DNA of 64,000 nt from Clostridium sp. (GTDB taxonomy: Bacteria; Bacillota; Clostridia; Clostridiales; Clostridiaceae), in contig JBLHPD010000002.1 in NCBI GenBank assembly GCA_047624165.1, positions 732 to 64,731 of the forward strand. Reading direction: 5' to 3'. Below are positions 20,122-30,255 of the stretch, one piece after another. Both the position numbers and the translations under genes were made by a program. The notes under the pieces were generated by a model. The model was not told where the DNA came from and searched no databases. It worked only from the letters and a program-made list of their open reading frames with translations. Within the stretch, counting starts at the first letter, position 1; every line of letters starts with the position of its first letter.

Positions 20122-20482
20122 ACAATTTACATGTATTTTATGTCCAAATGGATGTGACTTAGAAGCTCAATTGAATGGTAATGAAATTATATCTATTGAA
20201 GGTGCACAATGCGTACGTGGAAAAAAATATGTAGAACAGGAATTAATTAATCCACAAAGGAATATCGCCACATCAGTAAAGGTTGATGGAGGGAATATGC
20301 CACTCGTTAGTGTGAGACTTACTCGGGCAATATGTAAAGACAAAATATTTAAGGTTATGGATGAAATAAAGAAAGTTAAAATCCAGGCTCCTGTATCAAT
20401 AGGTCAGGTAATAATTAGTAATGTACTTGGTTTAGAAAGTGATGTTATAGCCACAAAAAATGTAGAGGAATTAAAAAAATGA
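20114..20482 (+). CDS. DUF1667 family small Cys-containing protein (third subunit of the triad)
   Basis: TCILCPNGC...CVRG..Y...E..NP.R; translationally coupled to the previous gene. Confidence 0.88.
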   Translation: MIRQFTCILCPNGCDLEAQLNGNEIISIEGAQCVRGKKYVEQELINPQRNIATSVKVDGGNMPLVSVRLTRAICKDKIFKVMDEIKKVKIQAPVSIGQVIISNVLGLESDVIATKNVEELKK

Positions 20483-20527
20483 TGCTATAGTCATGGTGGT
20501 TGTGTGAAAATAAGGAAGGGTGATAGA

Positions 20528-21793
20528 ATGAATGAAATATTAAATCAAATAGAATTACCTAAAATAGTAAAGGTAAAACAAACATTCACAAGACCTAAGC
20601 TTTACGATATTGAAAAGGAAATAAGAGCAAAAATACTAGAGCAAAAAGTGCTTGAAAAAATTCGAAAGGGGTCTAAAATAGCCATAACAGGTGGAAGTCG
20701 TGGCATATCAAATTACCAGACTATAATGAGGGTGATTGTTTCAATTGTAAAAGAGTATGGAGGAGAACCTTTTATTGTGCCGGCTATGGGAAGTCATGGT
20801 GGCGGAACGGGGGAAGGCCAGAGAAAAATCCTTGCAAAGCTGGGAATTACAGAAGAACTTATAGGGGCTCCCATCATCTCTTCTGCTGAAACAGTGGAAG
20901 TTGGTATTTCAGATAAAGGACTCCCTGTGTATGTGGATAAGTACGCTTATGAAGCCGATGGGATTATATTATTAAATAGAGTAAAATTGCATACCTCCTT
21001 TAGGGGGAAATATGAGAGTGGTCTTGTGAAAATGATTGCAATTGGCTTAGGAAAAAGAAAAGGGGCAGATATGACCCATTCCTTAAGATTTGAAAATATG
21101 GCTGAAAATATTGTAAGTATGGCAAAAGTTTCATTAGACAAATTGAATATACTATTTGGAGTTGCTACCATAGAGAATGGGTATGATGAAACCGCAGAAA
21201 TACACATTGTTAGAAAAGAAAAAATAATGGAGATAGAGCCTCAATTACTGGAAAGATCTAAAGAGCTCATGTCCAAAATATATTTAGAGAAAATAGATGT
21301 ACTTATCGTAAAAGAATTAGGTAAAAATATAAGCGGTACGGGTATGGACACGAATATAATCGGAAGGTACCACACAAAGGCAGCCAGTGGGGGACCTGAT
21401 GTAACAAAGCTTGGGGTTTTAGATATTACCGATAAATCCGATGGCAATGCCAATGGAATGGGGCTAGCTGATTATACTACAAAAAAACTTTGTGACAAAA
21501 TAAACTTCCCTGCTACCTATCTCAATGTAATAACATCCACAGAACCAAACAGTGTAAAGCTACCTATGGTATTAGATAACGACAAACTGGTGTTGCAAGT
21601 AGCGGTAAAGGCATGTGGAATTAGGGATATTAAAAAAATAAAAATGGTTATTATAGAGAATACAAAACATTTAGACGAAATATATATTTCTGAATATGCA
21701 ATGGAAGAAGTGAAGAAATATAAAAATGTTGAAATACTCGGGAGTCCAAAGGAAATAGAATTTGATAAAAATATGAATTTGAAAGTATTTTAA
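20528..21793 (+). CDS. Lactate racemase (LarA/DUF2088)-domain protein
   Basis: GSRGI, PAMGSHGG, NRVKLH, GLVKMIAIGLG, GADMTH, GKNISGTGMD. Confidence 0.75.
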   Translation: MNEILNQIELPKIVKVKQTFTRPKLYDIEKEIRAKILEQKVLEKIRKGSKIAITGGSRGISNYQTIMRVIVSIVKEYGGEPFIVPAMGSHGGGTGEGQRKILAKLGITEELIGAPIISSAETVEVGISDKGLPVYVDKYAYEADGIILLNRVKLHTSFRGKYESGLVKMIAIGLGKRKGADMTHSLRFENMAENIVSMAKVSLDKLNILFGVATIENGYDETAEIHIVRKEKIMEIEPQLLERSKELMSKIYLEKIDVLIVKELGKNISGTGMDTNIIGRYHTKAASGGPDVTKLGVLDITDKSDGNANGMGLADYTTKKLCDKINFPATYLNVITSTEPNSVKLPMVLDNDKLVLQVAVKACGIRDIKKIKMVIIENTKHLDEIYISEYAMEEVKKYKNVEILGSPKEIEFDKNMNLKVF

Positions 21794-21832
21794 ATTTAAA
21801 AAATTTACTAAGTGTAAAGGAGGAATTTAATT

Positions 21833-22714
21833 ATGAGATTATCGACAATAAGATTATATGGCATGGAAGTGGCAGGTATTATAACTTTAAAAGGTGTTGT
21901 ACCTGTTGGCTTAGTGAATGAAAAATATAACAAGAGGTGGAATACTGATACGCTGGAAATTATTAAATCGGGCCAACTTGAAGAAATAAACAATTGGTAT
22001 CGTGATGGAGGTAAAGAAGAATTAGAAGGGCTTACAGGTGAGGTTATTCCTTTTGAAGAAGCTAAATTTGCTCCATTATATCGTCATCCAAGAAAAATAT
22101 TTGGCATAGGACTTAATTATGCAGAGCATGCATCTGATTTAGCTGAGAAAGCTCCGAGTACAGAGCCTGCAAGCTTTTTTAAACCTGATACAACTATTAT
22201 TGGACATGGAGATACAATAAAAATACCACTTCAATCTGAAAAGACTACTGGAGAAGCGGAACTGGGAATAATTTTTGGAAGGGAATGTGAAAACGTTGAG
22301 ATAGAAGATTGGTCTAGTGTGATTGCAGGTTATACAACAATAATTGATATGACAGCAGAAGATATTTTAAGAAAAAATCCTAGATATTTGACACGCTGTA
22401 AAAGTTTTGAAACCTTCTTTAGCTTTGGACCACAATTGGTTACTCCTGATGAGGTTGAAGACGTTTTAAAACTAAAAGTATCTACTGTATTAAATGGAAA
22501 TGTAATAGCACAAAATACTGTTAGCAATATGACTTTTTTACCAGATTATTTGGTTTCATTTCACTCAAAAGTTATGAAAATGTTTCCAGGTGATATTATT
22601 TCAACGGGTACACCTGGAGCTGCTCACATTAATCATGGTGATGTTGTGGAATGCTTGATTTATGGATTTGAAAGTTTAGTTAATCCAGTTATTGATAAAA
22701 AAACAATAAAATAA
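21833..22714 (+). CDS. Fumarylacetoacetate hydrolase (FAH) family protein
   Basis: IGLNYAEH, FFKP, EAELG, DMTAED, CKSF.TF..FGP, PGDIISTGTP. Confidence 0.93.
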   Translation: MRLSTIRLYGMEVAGIITLKGVVPVGLVNEKYNKRWNTDTLEIIKSGQLEEINNWYRDGGKEELEGLTGEVIPFEEAKFAPLYRHPRKIFGIGLNYAEHASDLAEKAPSTEPASFFKPDTTIIGHGDTIKIPLQSEKTTGEAELGIIFGRECENVEIEDWSSVIAGYTTIIDMTAEDILRKNPRYLTRCKSFETFFSFGPQLVTPDEVEDVLKLKVSTVLNGNVIAQNTVSNMTFLPDYLVSFHSKVMKMFPGDIISTGTPGAAHINHGDVVECLIYGFESLVNPVIDKKTIK

Positions 22715-22785
22715 CGCACTTTTGATTTAAAATTAGGGGCACTTAAAAATGAAAAATAGAAAATTGACGAAGGAGGTTGATGATT

Positions 22786-23016
22786 ATGGCTTGGGGAAAT
22801 AAAACTGAAAAAATGTTAGTTGTGGTTGAGAGTAAGCCTGATAATAACGAATGGAATATCCCTTATGAATTGAATTACAACGATGAAAAGTTTGAAATAA
22901 AAGATCCAATTAGGAGTATGAAGCTTTTTAATAATGCAGTCAGATATAAATGCAATATTGACGGAAAAGCAATTGAGTTATTTAATGAAGGCGAAGAATG
23001 GTGGATTTTAATATAA
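22786..23016 (+). CDS. Small hypothetical protein
   Basis: SD AGGAGG; predicted beta-rich, RYKC and WW at the C-terminus. Confidence 0.65.
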   Translation: MAWGNKTEKMLVVVESKPDNNEWNIPYELNYNDEKFEIKDPIRSMKLFNNAVRYKCNIDGKAIELFNEGEEWWILI

Positions 23017-23151
23017 GAGCAACCATAAGATTCCAATTAATGGCGCGACCTCAGGAGTCGTAACAATAACATATTAAACAGGGAAAAGAGGTATAATAAG
23101 CGTGGACAGGAAAGTTTCATAATTAATATTTTTGACTAGGAGAGGATTGTT

Positions 23152-23751
23152 GTGAAAAAATTAATTTTAGTAACATCACCACCAGCAAGTGGAAAAACTT
23201 ATATCGCAAAAAAGCTTGCTGAGGCATTACGCCATGTTGTGTATCTTGATAAAGATACACTCATAAAACTGTCGAAACAAGTTTTTGTTGTAGCAGGTGA
23301 AGAATACAACAGAAGTTCAGATTTTTTTAATGAAAATATACGTGATTATGAATACGAAACAATAGTAGCACTTGCACTGGAAGCTCTGAATTATGATGAT
23401 ATTGTGCTAATTAATGCACCATTTACAAAAGAAATACGAGATTTGAACTATATCAGAAGGCTAAAATCAATATTGAAAGAGAAAAATGCATCTTTAGTCG
23501 TTATTTGGGTAGAAACTTCAATACATGTAACCCAGCAAAGAATGATTGATAGGAATTCTGATAGGGATACATGGAAACTTGAGAATTGGAATGAATATAT
23601 TGCAGGGACTAATTTTGATATTCCTATTGCGTTGGATGATCCTTGTGTAAAAGATGATTTGCTTATCTTCAAAAACTCTTCTGATGAAGAATTCACCGAT
23701 TCATTAACAAAAACAATAGATATACTAGAAGAATCTTCGGGTAGAAAATAA
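23152..23751 (+). CDS. P-loop kinase-like protein (AAA_33 type)
   Basis: Walker A variant SPPASGKT, YLDKD, lid R..DR..DRD. Confidence 0.85.
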   Translation: MKKLILVTSPPASGKTYIAKKLAEALRHVVYLDKDTLIKLSKQVFVVAGEEYNRSSDFFNENIRDYEYETIVALALEALNYDDIVLINAPFTKEIRDLNYIRRLKSILKEKNASLVVIWVETSIHVTQQRMIDRNSDRDTWKLENWNEYIAGTNFDIPIALDDPCVKDDLLIFKNSSDEEFTDSLTKTIDILEESSGRK

Positions 23752-23972
23752 ATGATTTAACAATTCTACATATACCCGTATATATATTTAAATATCTTTT
23801 GTAATATGAATAAGATTACAAAAGATATTAAAAATACGATACCTACAGTTCTATCTTCATTTTCATCTCTGAATGGATCTTCATGCAATTTTACGCCTTT
23901 ACGCGCTTTATTTTTTTAAATTTTAAACAAATAAATCCCCCCAGCCTATTAATTTTATATTCATTGTAGGAC

Positions 23973-24050
23973 TTGGTACTATTAATATTCTATGCGTTTA
24001 CAGGTTTTGAGTCCATAGCTGTTGCCGCAGAAGATATGGTAAGCTTATAG
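23973..24050 (+). pseudogene. Shard of an APC-family amino-acid permease
   Basis: Intergenic frame reads LVLLIFYAFTGFESIAVAAEDM, the TM6 signature of APC transporters; no start and no other gene parts. Confidence 0.65.
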
Positions 24051-24123
24051 TTTATATTCTGACCACATTAATAATCCCCCCTCTTAGGCAGCAAAAACGT
24101 TATATCTTAATAGTTTATGTGAT

Positions 24124-24171
24124 AAAAATGAGTAGGACTATTTCATGTTCGAAATAGTCCTACTCATTTTT
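24124..24171. terminator. Terminator of hppA (bidirectional)
   Basis: Perfect 21-bp inverted repeat AAAAATGAGTAGGACTATTTC / GAAATAGTCCTACTCATTTTT. Confidence 0.85.
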
Positions 24172-24179
24172 GTATTTAA

Positions 24180-26201
24180 TTATTTTAGTAATTTTAGTAA
24201 TATTCCACCATATTGAAATATTACTGGTGCAAATACTAATGAAACTATAGTCATAAGCTTTATAAGTATATTCATTGATGGTCCTGAAGTATCCTTAAAT
24301 GGATCACCGACAGTATCTCCAACAACACTGGCTTTATGACAATCACTTCCTTTTCCACCGTGATTTCCAACTTCGATAAATTTCTTCGCATTATCCCATG
24401 CGCCACCTGAGTTAGCCATAAATATTGCCAGTAAAACACCACTACTTACTGCTCCTGCCAGTAATCCACCTAAAGCTTCTGCCCCTAAAAGCATTCCAAC
24501 AACTATTGGAACAAGAATAGCCAATATTCCTGGTAATATCATTTCTTTTAAAGCTGCTGCTGTAGATATGTCTACACATTTTTTATAATCTGGAGTTCCA
24601 GTTCCTTCCATAAGACCCGGTATTACTTTAAATTGTCTTCTAACCTCTTGTATCATTTCATTAGCAGCTTTACTAACTGATTCCATAGTTAAAGCTCCAA
24701 ATAAAAATGGTAACATAGCGCCTATAAGCAATCCAACTAAGGTAACAGGTTGTAGCAAATTAATAGCAGTTAATTGAACTTTTTGTGCATATGATGCAAA
24801 TAAAGCTAAAGCGGTAAGTGCTGCAGAGCCTATGGCAAAACCTTTGCCAATAGCAGCTGTTGTATTTCCAACTGAATCTAGTTTGTCGGTAACTTCGCGT
24901 ACGCTTGCAGGAAGTTTTGACATTTCTGCAATTCCACCTGCATTATCTGCTATTGGACCATAAGCATCAACAGCTACTGTTAATCCAGCAGTAGACAACA
25001 TTCCTACTGCTGCTAATGAAATACCATATAGACCCATAAGATTATTTGAGTATCCTCCCATAGCAAAGTAAGATGCTAAAACACCTACTGCTATAAACAT
25101 AATAGGGTATACTGTTGATTTCATTCCTACTGCCAAACCTGATATAATTGTTGTGGCAGCGCCAGTTTTAGATTGATATGCAATGTTTTTTACATGTTTG
25201 TACTCTGCTGATGTATATATCTCTGTAATCTTGCCAATGATCATACCAACAATTAAGCCTATAGCAATTGGTACAAACGCTTTAAAGTCATTGAACATAT
25301 ACTTACTTAAAACAGCTGCAGAAACAATTACGATTCCTCCACCAATATAAGTACCTGTATCTAAGGTTTTTTGAGGATTAGCATTTTTACTCTTTCTAGC
25401 TATAAATACTCCTATAATAGATGCTAAAATTCCTATTGAGGCTAGAGCAAAAGGATATGCGGTTCCTGTTCCATCTTTATATAATAATGAACCTAAAGTC
25501 AATGCGGATATGATAGAGCCAACATATGATTCAAATAGATCTGCACCCATTCCAGCTACGTCCCCAACATTATCTCCAACGTTATCTGCTATTACTGCTG
25601 GGTTTCTTGGATCATCTTCTGGGATTCCTATTTCAACTTTACCAACTAAGTCAGCTCCAACGTCTGCTGCTTTAGTATATATTCCACCGCCTACACGAGC
25701 GAATAAAGCTATAGAACTAGCTCCTAATCCAAATCCTGTTAAAAAATCTACGTTATTATTAAATACTATGTATAAAATTCCTAGGCCAACTATCCCTAGT
25801 CCTACAACGGATAATCCCATTACAGCTCCACCTGAAAATGCAATTTGAAGAGCCTTCGCTTGTCCGTGTCTTGCTGCCTCAGCTGTTCTAACATTAGCTT
25901 TAGTAGCAACTTTCATTCCAAAATAACCTGCTAAAATAGAAAAAATTGCCCCTAAAACGAAACAAACTGCTGTTTGCCAGTTTATGAAAATTAATATTAA
26001 GGGAGCCACTACTGAAATAAAGATAGCCAGGTAAGTGTACTCTCTTTTTAAGAATGCCATAGCACCCTCTTCTATGTACCCTGCTATTTCTTTCATCCTA
26101 TCGTTACCCGCACTTTCCTTAGTTACACCATTAGCTAATAAAAATGCACATAAAAGTGAAACTAGACCACAAACGATGCTTATAAAATAACTATTATTCA
26201 A
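24180..26201 (-). CDS. hppA: Membrane-bound K+-dependent, probably Na+-translocating, pyrophosphatase
   Basis: [38 protein letters not shown]; GNTTAA (Ala marks the K+-dependent subfamily). Confidence 0.95.
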   Translation of the reverse strand: MNNSYFISIVCGLVSLLCAFLLANGVTKESAGNDRMKEIAGYIEEGAMAFLKREYTYLAIFISVVAPLILIFINWQTAVCFVLGAIFSILAGYFGMKVATKANVRTAEAARHGQAKALQIAFSGGAVMGLSVVGLGIVGLGILYIVFNNNVDFLTGFGLGASSIALFARVGGGIYTKAADVGADLVGKVEIGIPEDDPRNPAVIADNVGDNVGDVAGMGADLFESYVGSIISALTLGSLLYKDGTGTAYPFALASIGILASIIGVFIARKSKNANPQKTLDTGTYIGGGIVIVSAAVLSKYMFNDFKAFVPIAIGLIVGMIIGKITEIYTSAEYKHVKNIAYQSKTGAATTIISGLAVGMKSTVYPIMFIAVGVLASYFAMGGYSNNLMGLYGISLAAVGMLSTAGLTVAVDAYGPIADNAGGIAEMSKLPASVREVTDKLDSVGNTTAAIGKGFAIGSAALTALALFASYAQKVQLTAINLLQPVTLVGLLIGAMLPFLFGALTMESVSKAANEMIQEVRRQFKVIPGLMEGTGTPDYKKCVDISTAAALKEMILPGILAILVPIVVGMLLGAEALGGLLAGAVSSGVLLAIFMANSGGAWDNAKKFIEVGNHGGKGSDCHKASVVGDTVGDPFKDTSGPSMNILIKLMTIVSLVFAPVIFQYGGILLKLLK

Positions 26202-26461
26202 TTTTTCATTCCCCCTAAATATAAGTATATTTATTTAACTAAATTCAACATTTTATAGTTATAGCAAAATATATTGCTGAAACTATGGTAATTCCGGTAG
26301 CATTGATTTGAAGATTTCTTTTGCTTCTTGCAAAAATAAGTAGGAGAATTTCCTTCTGTAAGTCAAGTAAATCCATTAGCTTTGCTAGGCCACATCTTAA
26401 CAGAGAATCTATGAGCGAACTAGTAAAATGTGCACACCTCCTTATTCGCTAAATACACGAT

Positions 26462-26490
26462 ATTTTATCATAATATGAGAGAACTTGCAA
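26462..26490 (-). promoter_or_regulatory. sigma-A promoter of hppA giving a ~250-nt 5' leader
   Basis: TTGCAA-17 nt-TAAAAT with extended TG on the minus strand. Confidence 0.6.
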
Positions 26491-26615
26491 TAAAATGTAA
26501 TGCTAAACAGAGCTGAAGTATAATTTTTTTTAACCACTAATTTAACTTTTTCGCAAGCTACTTCCTATATAATGAAAAATGATACTAATAATTTATGATT
26601 GTGGGGATATTGCAA

Positions 26616-26644
26616 TTGACAATATATATAACTATGTATAAAAT
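26616..26644 (+). promoter_or_regulatory. sigma-A promoter of the mutS2-like leader
   Basis: TTGACA-17 nt-TAAAAT. Confidence 0.7.
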
Positions 26645-26684
26645 GGTATTAGGTAATGTTAAAATATAAAAAATGAGGTGCTTT

Positions 26685-26708
26685 ATGAGCGTGTACGTAT
26701 CTAAATAG
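26685..26708 (+). CDS. Leader peptide uORF MSVYVSK
   Basis: SD GAGGTG 4 nt upstream; sits at the 5' end of a structured leader that ends in a terminator. Confidence 0.55.
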   Translation: MSVYVSK

Positions 26709-26898
26709 ATTAAATTTTATAATTAAATAAATCTTTAAAAAGGGTATAGTATACCTTTATTTGTTGTGGATTTATTTAGTAATATCTATGAAGATATATA
26801 TCCACAAAGTGCCGTTATAGTTATAATGGATGGATAATTCCATCTCTTATGAAGTTACGTATTTTAGCTGTGGGAGTATCCATGGCTTTTTTTGTTTT
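26685..26898 (+). promoter_or_regulatory. Putative ribosome-dependent transcriptional attenuator
   Basis: uORF plus mutually exclusive pairings (26764-26771 with 26800-26807; 26801-26806 with 26869-26874) plus terminator AGCTGTGG/CCATGGCT and T tract at 26866-26898. Confidence 0.6.
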
Positions 26899-27007
26899 GC
26901 AGATAAATAAGACCTTTGCAAAATGAGTTATATAGAAAATGGTAATGAGATTTATAAAGGATTAGTATCTTCATAGAACAAATTGCTTGATATGAGGAGA
27001 GATAGAA

Positions 27008-28858
27008 ATGAATATAAAAACATTTAATAAGTTGCAATATAATGAACTAAAGGGAATTGTAAAGTCTTATTGTGTAAGTGGACTCGGAAAAAATTTAATA
27101 GATAGATTAAAGCCAAGTAGCAGCTTAAAAGTTGTCCAAAATAGGCTTAATGAAACTAGTGAGGGTAGAGCTTTATTAGATACTGTAGGGCATATTCCAT
27201 TAGAAGGAATCTTTAATATAAAAAGTATTATAGAGAATATGCAAAAGGGGTCAATACTAGAGCCAGAGGAATTAACAAAGATCTGTAACTTTTTGAGGGG
27301 CTGCAGAAAAATTAAGGCTTTCATGATGGGAAAAGAACTTTACGCTCCAACTTTAAGTAGTTATGGTAATTAAATTACAGAATTTAAAACTATAGAGGAA
27401 GAAATTGATTTTTCTATAAGAGGGAATTTAGTAGATTCAAATGCAAGTAAAGAGCTTAAGAAAATTAGAAGACATATAGAAGATACGGATAGTAAAATAC
27501 AAGAAAAATTAGAGAAGTTTTTAAAAAGCAGTACAAATAAAACTTTTATACAAGAGTTTTTTGTCAGCAAGCGAAATGATAGATATACTATTCCTATAAA
27601 GGCGGCCTATAAAAATCAAGTTCCGGGGATAATTGTAGAAACATCATCTAAAGGATCTACTGCATTTATAGAACCAAGTGTTATTTCAAAACATACGACA
27701 GAGATGGTGCTATTAAAGTCAGAGGAAGCTTTAGAAGAATATAAAATATTAGTTGCATTAACTGAGTTAATATATGATAACTCAAAGGAAATTAATATCA
27801 ATATAGAGGTAATATCAGAGTATGATATGATTTTTTCGAAAGCTAAATATAGTAGAGATATAGATGGAATAAAGCCTAAATTAAATGATTATGGATATAA
27901 AAATATTGCGGAGGGTAAGCATCCATTGTTAAAAGGAAATATAGTACCTTTAGATTTTAGTATCGGAATAAATTATAGAGCATTAATAATAACGGGGCCT
28001 AATGCAGGGGGGAAAACTGTGGTGTTAAAAACGGTTGGACTCTTAACTTTAGCGGTGCAATCAGGTTTTCATATTGCAGATGATCAAAGCATAGAAAACT
28101 CCTTAAGCACATTTTCCTCGCATGTAAAGAATTTAGCTGAGATGATTAATAGTAGTAACAAATCTACGCTAATATTATGTGACGAAATAGGAAGTGGAAC
28201 TGATCCTAATGAAGGGGCTGGCCTCGCAATTGCAATACTCGAGGAACTTTACCATAAAGGATGCATCATTATGGCCACCACTCATTATGGAGAAATTAAG
28301 AACTATTCTAAGAGGCATAGCGATTTTGAAAATGCAGCAATGCAGTTTCAAAAGGATACATTGGAGCCTATGTATAACCTTATTACGGGGAAATCAGGGG
28401 AGAGCAATGCTCTTTGGATTTCTAAGAAAATGGGTATAAAGGACACTATCCTTGAAAAGGCAAAAAAGTATGCGGAGGATAAGGATTATAATTTAGAATT
28501 AGTAAAAGCAAGTAAGGTAAAAAAGAAAAAAGACGAAGAAGATATACTTAGTATAAAAACTTATAATTATAAAATAGGGGATAAGATGTTTCTTATTGAG
28601 TATAATGATTTTGATATTGTGTATAAACCTATAGACAACTTTAATAATATAACGGTGTTATATAAGGACGACTTCCTAGAGGTTAATGAAAAAAGGCTAA
28701 GACTAGAGCTTGAGGCTGCGGATTTATACCCAGAGGATTATGACCTTAATACATTATTTGTGGATTTTCAGCAGCGAAAGCTAGAAAGAGACATTGAGAG
28801 AGGATCTAAGAAGGCATTAAAGAAAATTCAAAAGGAAATAAGAAATAACAATAGCTAA
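27008..28858 (+). pseudogene. mutS2: MutS2-family ATPase (short paralogue, no Smr domain), inactivated
   Basis: ORFs 27008 and 27704 share a frame separated by one TAA (27371-27373); ITGPNAGGKT, QSIENSLSTFSSH, DEIGSGTDP, ATTHY; apparent in-frame deletion between GFHIA and DDQSIE. Confidence 0.88.
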
Positions 28859-28907
28859 AAAAGGGAATAAGGTTTAGGTTTAAGTTAAACTATTTTTTGC
28901 AAAAGAC

Positions 28908-28938
28908 TTGACATGTACCCCACAGGCACCATTATAGT
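28908..28938 (+). promoter_or_regulatory. MerR-type promoter/operator (19-bp spacer)
   Basis: TTGACA-19 nt-TATAGT with imperfect dyad GTACC-CCACA-GGCAC in the spacer, directly upstream of the MerR gene. Confidence 0.7.
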
Positions 28939-28984
28939 TAATTTAAAGGTTAGCTAACTTTTAAGTTTATTGGAGGTGTTATTA

Positions 28985-29920
28985 ATGAATATTAAAATTG
29001 TATCGGAAAAAACTGGATTGACAAAAAAGGCTATTAAATATTATGAAAGTGAAGGATTGATTAGTCCTTTTAAAAATAATGATAACAACTATAGAGAGTA
29101 TACTGATAATGATATTGTAAAACTTAATTTAATTGGTGCATTAAGAGTTATAGAGATACCAATAAGTGAAATAAAGTGTTTAGTAGAGGGGGATAAAGGT
29201 CTACAGGATATTATGAATGATACTCTAATAAAAGTGACTGAAACTATAAACAATTTAGAAAAAACTAAACTTATTATTAGTAATCTTATTAATAAAGAAA
29301 CAAAAGATTACTATAGTATTGGTGAACAAGTTATGAAACTAAGAGAAACCTTAGAGCTTTCAATTATTGAAAAAAATGAGTTTGTGTCAACTACTTTAAT
29401 TAAAATTTTCCCTGGAAACTTTGGAAAAATATTTGTAAGTTGCTATAAACCCTTTTTAAATATTACTATAGACAATAATGAAAAGAAAGAAGCATGGTTA
29501 AAACTTGTAGAGTTTTTGGATGATTTAGATGAATTAGATGATACTAATCCATTTATTAAAGGCATGAACAGTATAGATATTAATAAAATTAATTGCCATG
29601 CTGAAAAAACTAATAATAATGTACTAAATCTTTTAAGTGGAGATATTACTTTAAGAGAAAAATACAAGAAAAATATTATATCAATGATAAATTCTATAAA
29701 TGAAAATGAAGAACTTAGGAAAAGTATTAAAGAATCATTCATTAATGCTAAGAGTATGCTTAATAGTATTGGGGAAGTTGATAATGATTTTGACATATAT
29801 TTAGAAATTTTAAATGAGGATTATAAAAGATATAGAGAAATAGGTAAGGAAATATATAAACAAGCAAGTAATGAAATAGGATTAAACTTAAGTTGGGAGG
29901 AATTTGTAGAAAGTCTATAA
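28985..29920 (+). CDS. MerR family transcriptional regulator
   Basis: IKIVSEKTGLTKKAIKYYESEGLISP...NNYREY; SD GGAGGT. Confidence 0.92.
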   Translation: MNIKIVSEKTGLTKKAIKYYESEGLISPFKNNDNNYREYTDNDIVKLNLIGALRVIEIPISEIKCLVEGDKGLQDIMNDTLIKVTETINNLEKTKLIISNLINKETKDYYSIGEQVMKLRETLELSIIEKNEFVSTTLIKIFPGNFGKIFVSCYKPFLNITIDNNEKKEAWLKLVEFLDDLDELDDTNPFIKGMNSIDINKINCHAEKTNNNVLNLLSGDITLREKYKKNIISMINSINENEELRKSIKESFINAKSMLNSIGEVDNDFDIYLEILNEDYKRYREIGKEIYKQASNEIGLNLSWEEFVESL

Positions 29921-29955
29921 AATTAATTTAAATAAGCATCTATATTAATTTGTAG

Positions 29956-30225
29956 ATGCTTATTTTTACTATTTTATTTCTGTATCCAATAAATAGAAAA
30001 AAGATTATGCTAGCAAAGTTAGCTATTGTGGCTATGGTATTATCGAGTATTTTCTTGAATTTTAGTCTATATATTTTAAATATTTTCGTAAATTTTATTC
30101 CAGTTCCTTTAACTGGCGATGTTCTAATAAAAAACCTAATTAATATTGTCGTATTCAGCAGTCTAGGAGCAGCTACTGCTTATTTAGCCATAAAAGATGT
30201 AGAAAAAGTAGATCTCGTTAATTAA
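29956..30225 (+). pseudogene. Internally deleted fragment of an ABC-2-type (peptide-resistance) permease
   Basis: LFLYPINRKKIMLAKL motif and C-terminal ..IKDVEKVD; only 89 aa, no SD, no ATPase gene. Confidence 0.6.
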
Positions 30226-30255
30226 ATAAAAAAACGACTAAAAAGTCTTTGGTCA

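Noticed and set aside
26365-26395. c-di-GMP-I or fluoride riboswitch in the hppA leader (GCAAAGCTAATGG)
   Set aside because: Lacks the GGCAAA...GAAA P2 and the GGNGAUG 5' motif; kept only as an unclassified structured leader.
27371-27373. Programmed readthrough in the mutS2-like gene
   Set aside because: The stop is TAA, not a Sec or Pyl codon, and a second lesion removes part of the ATPase core.
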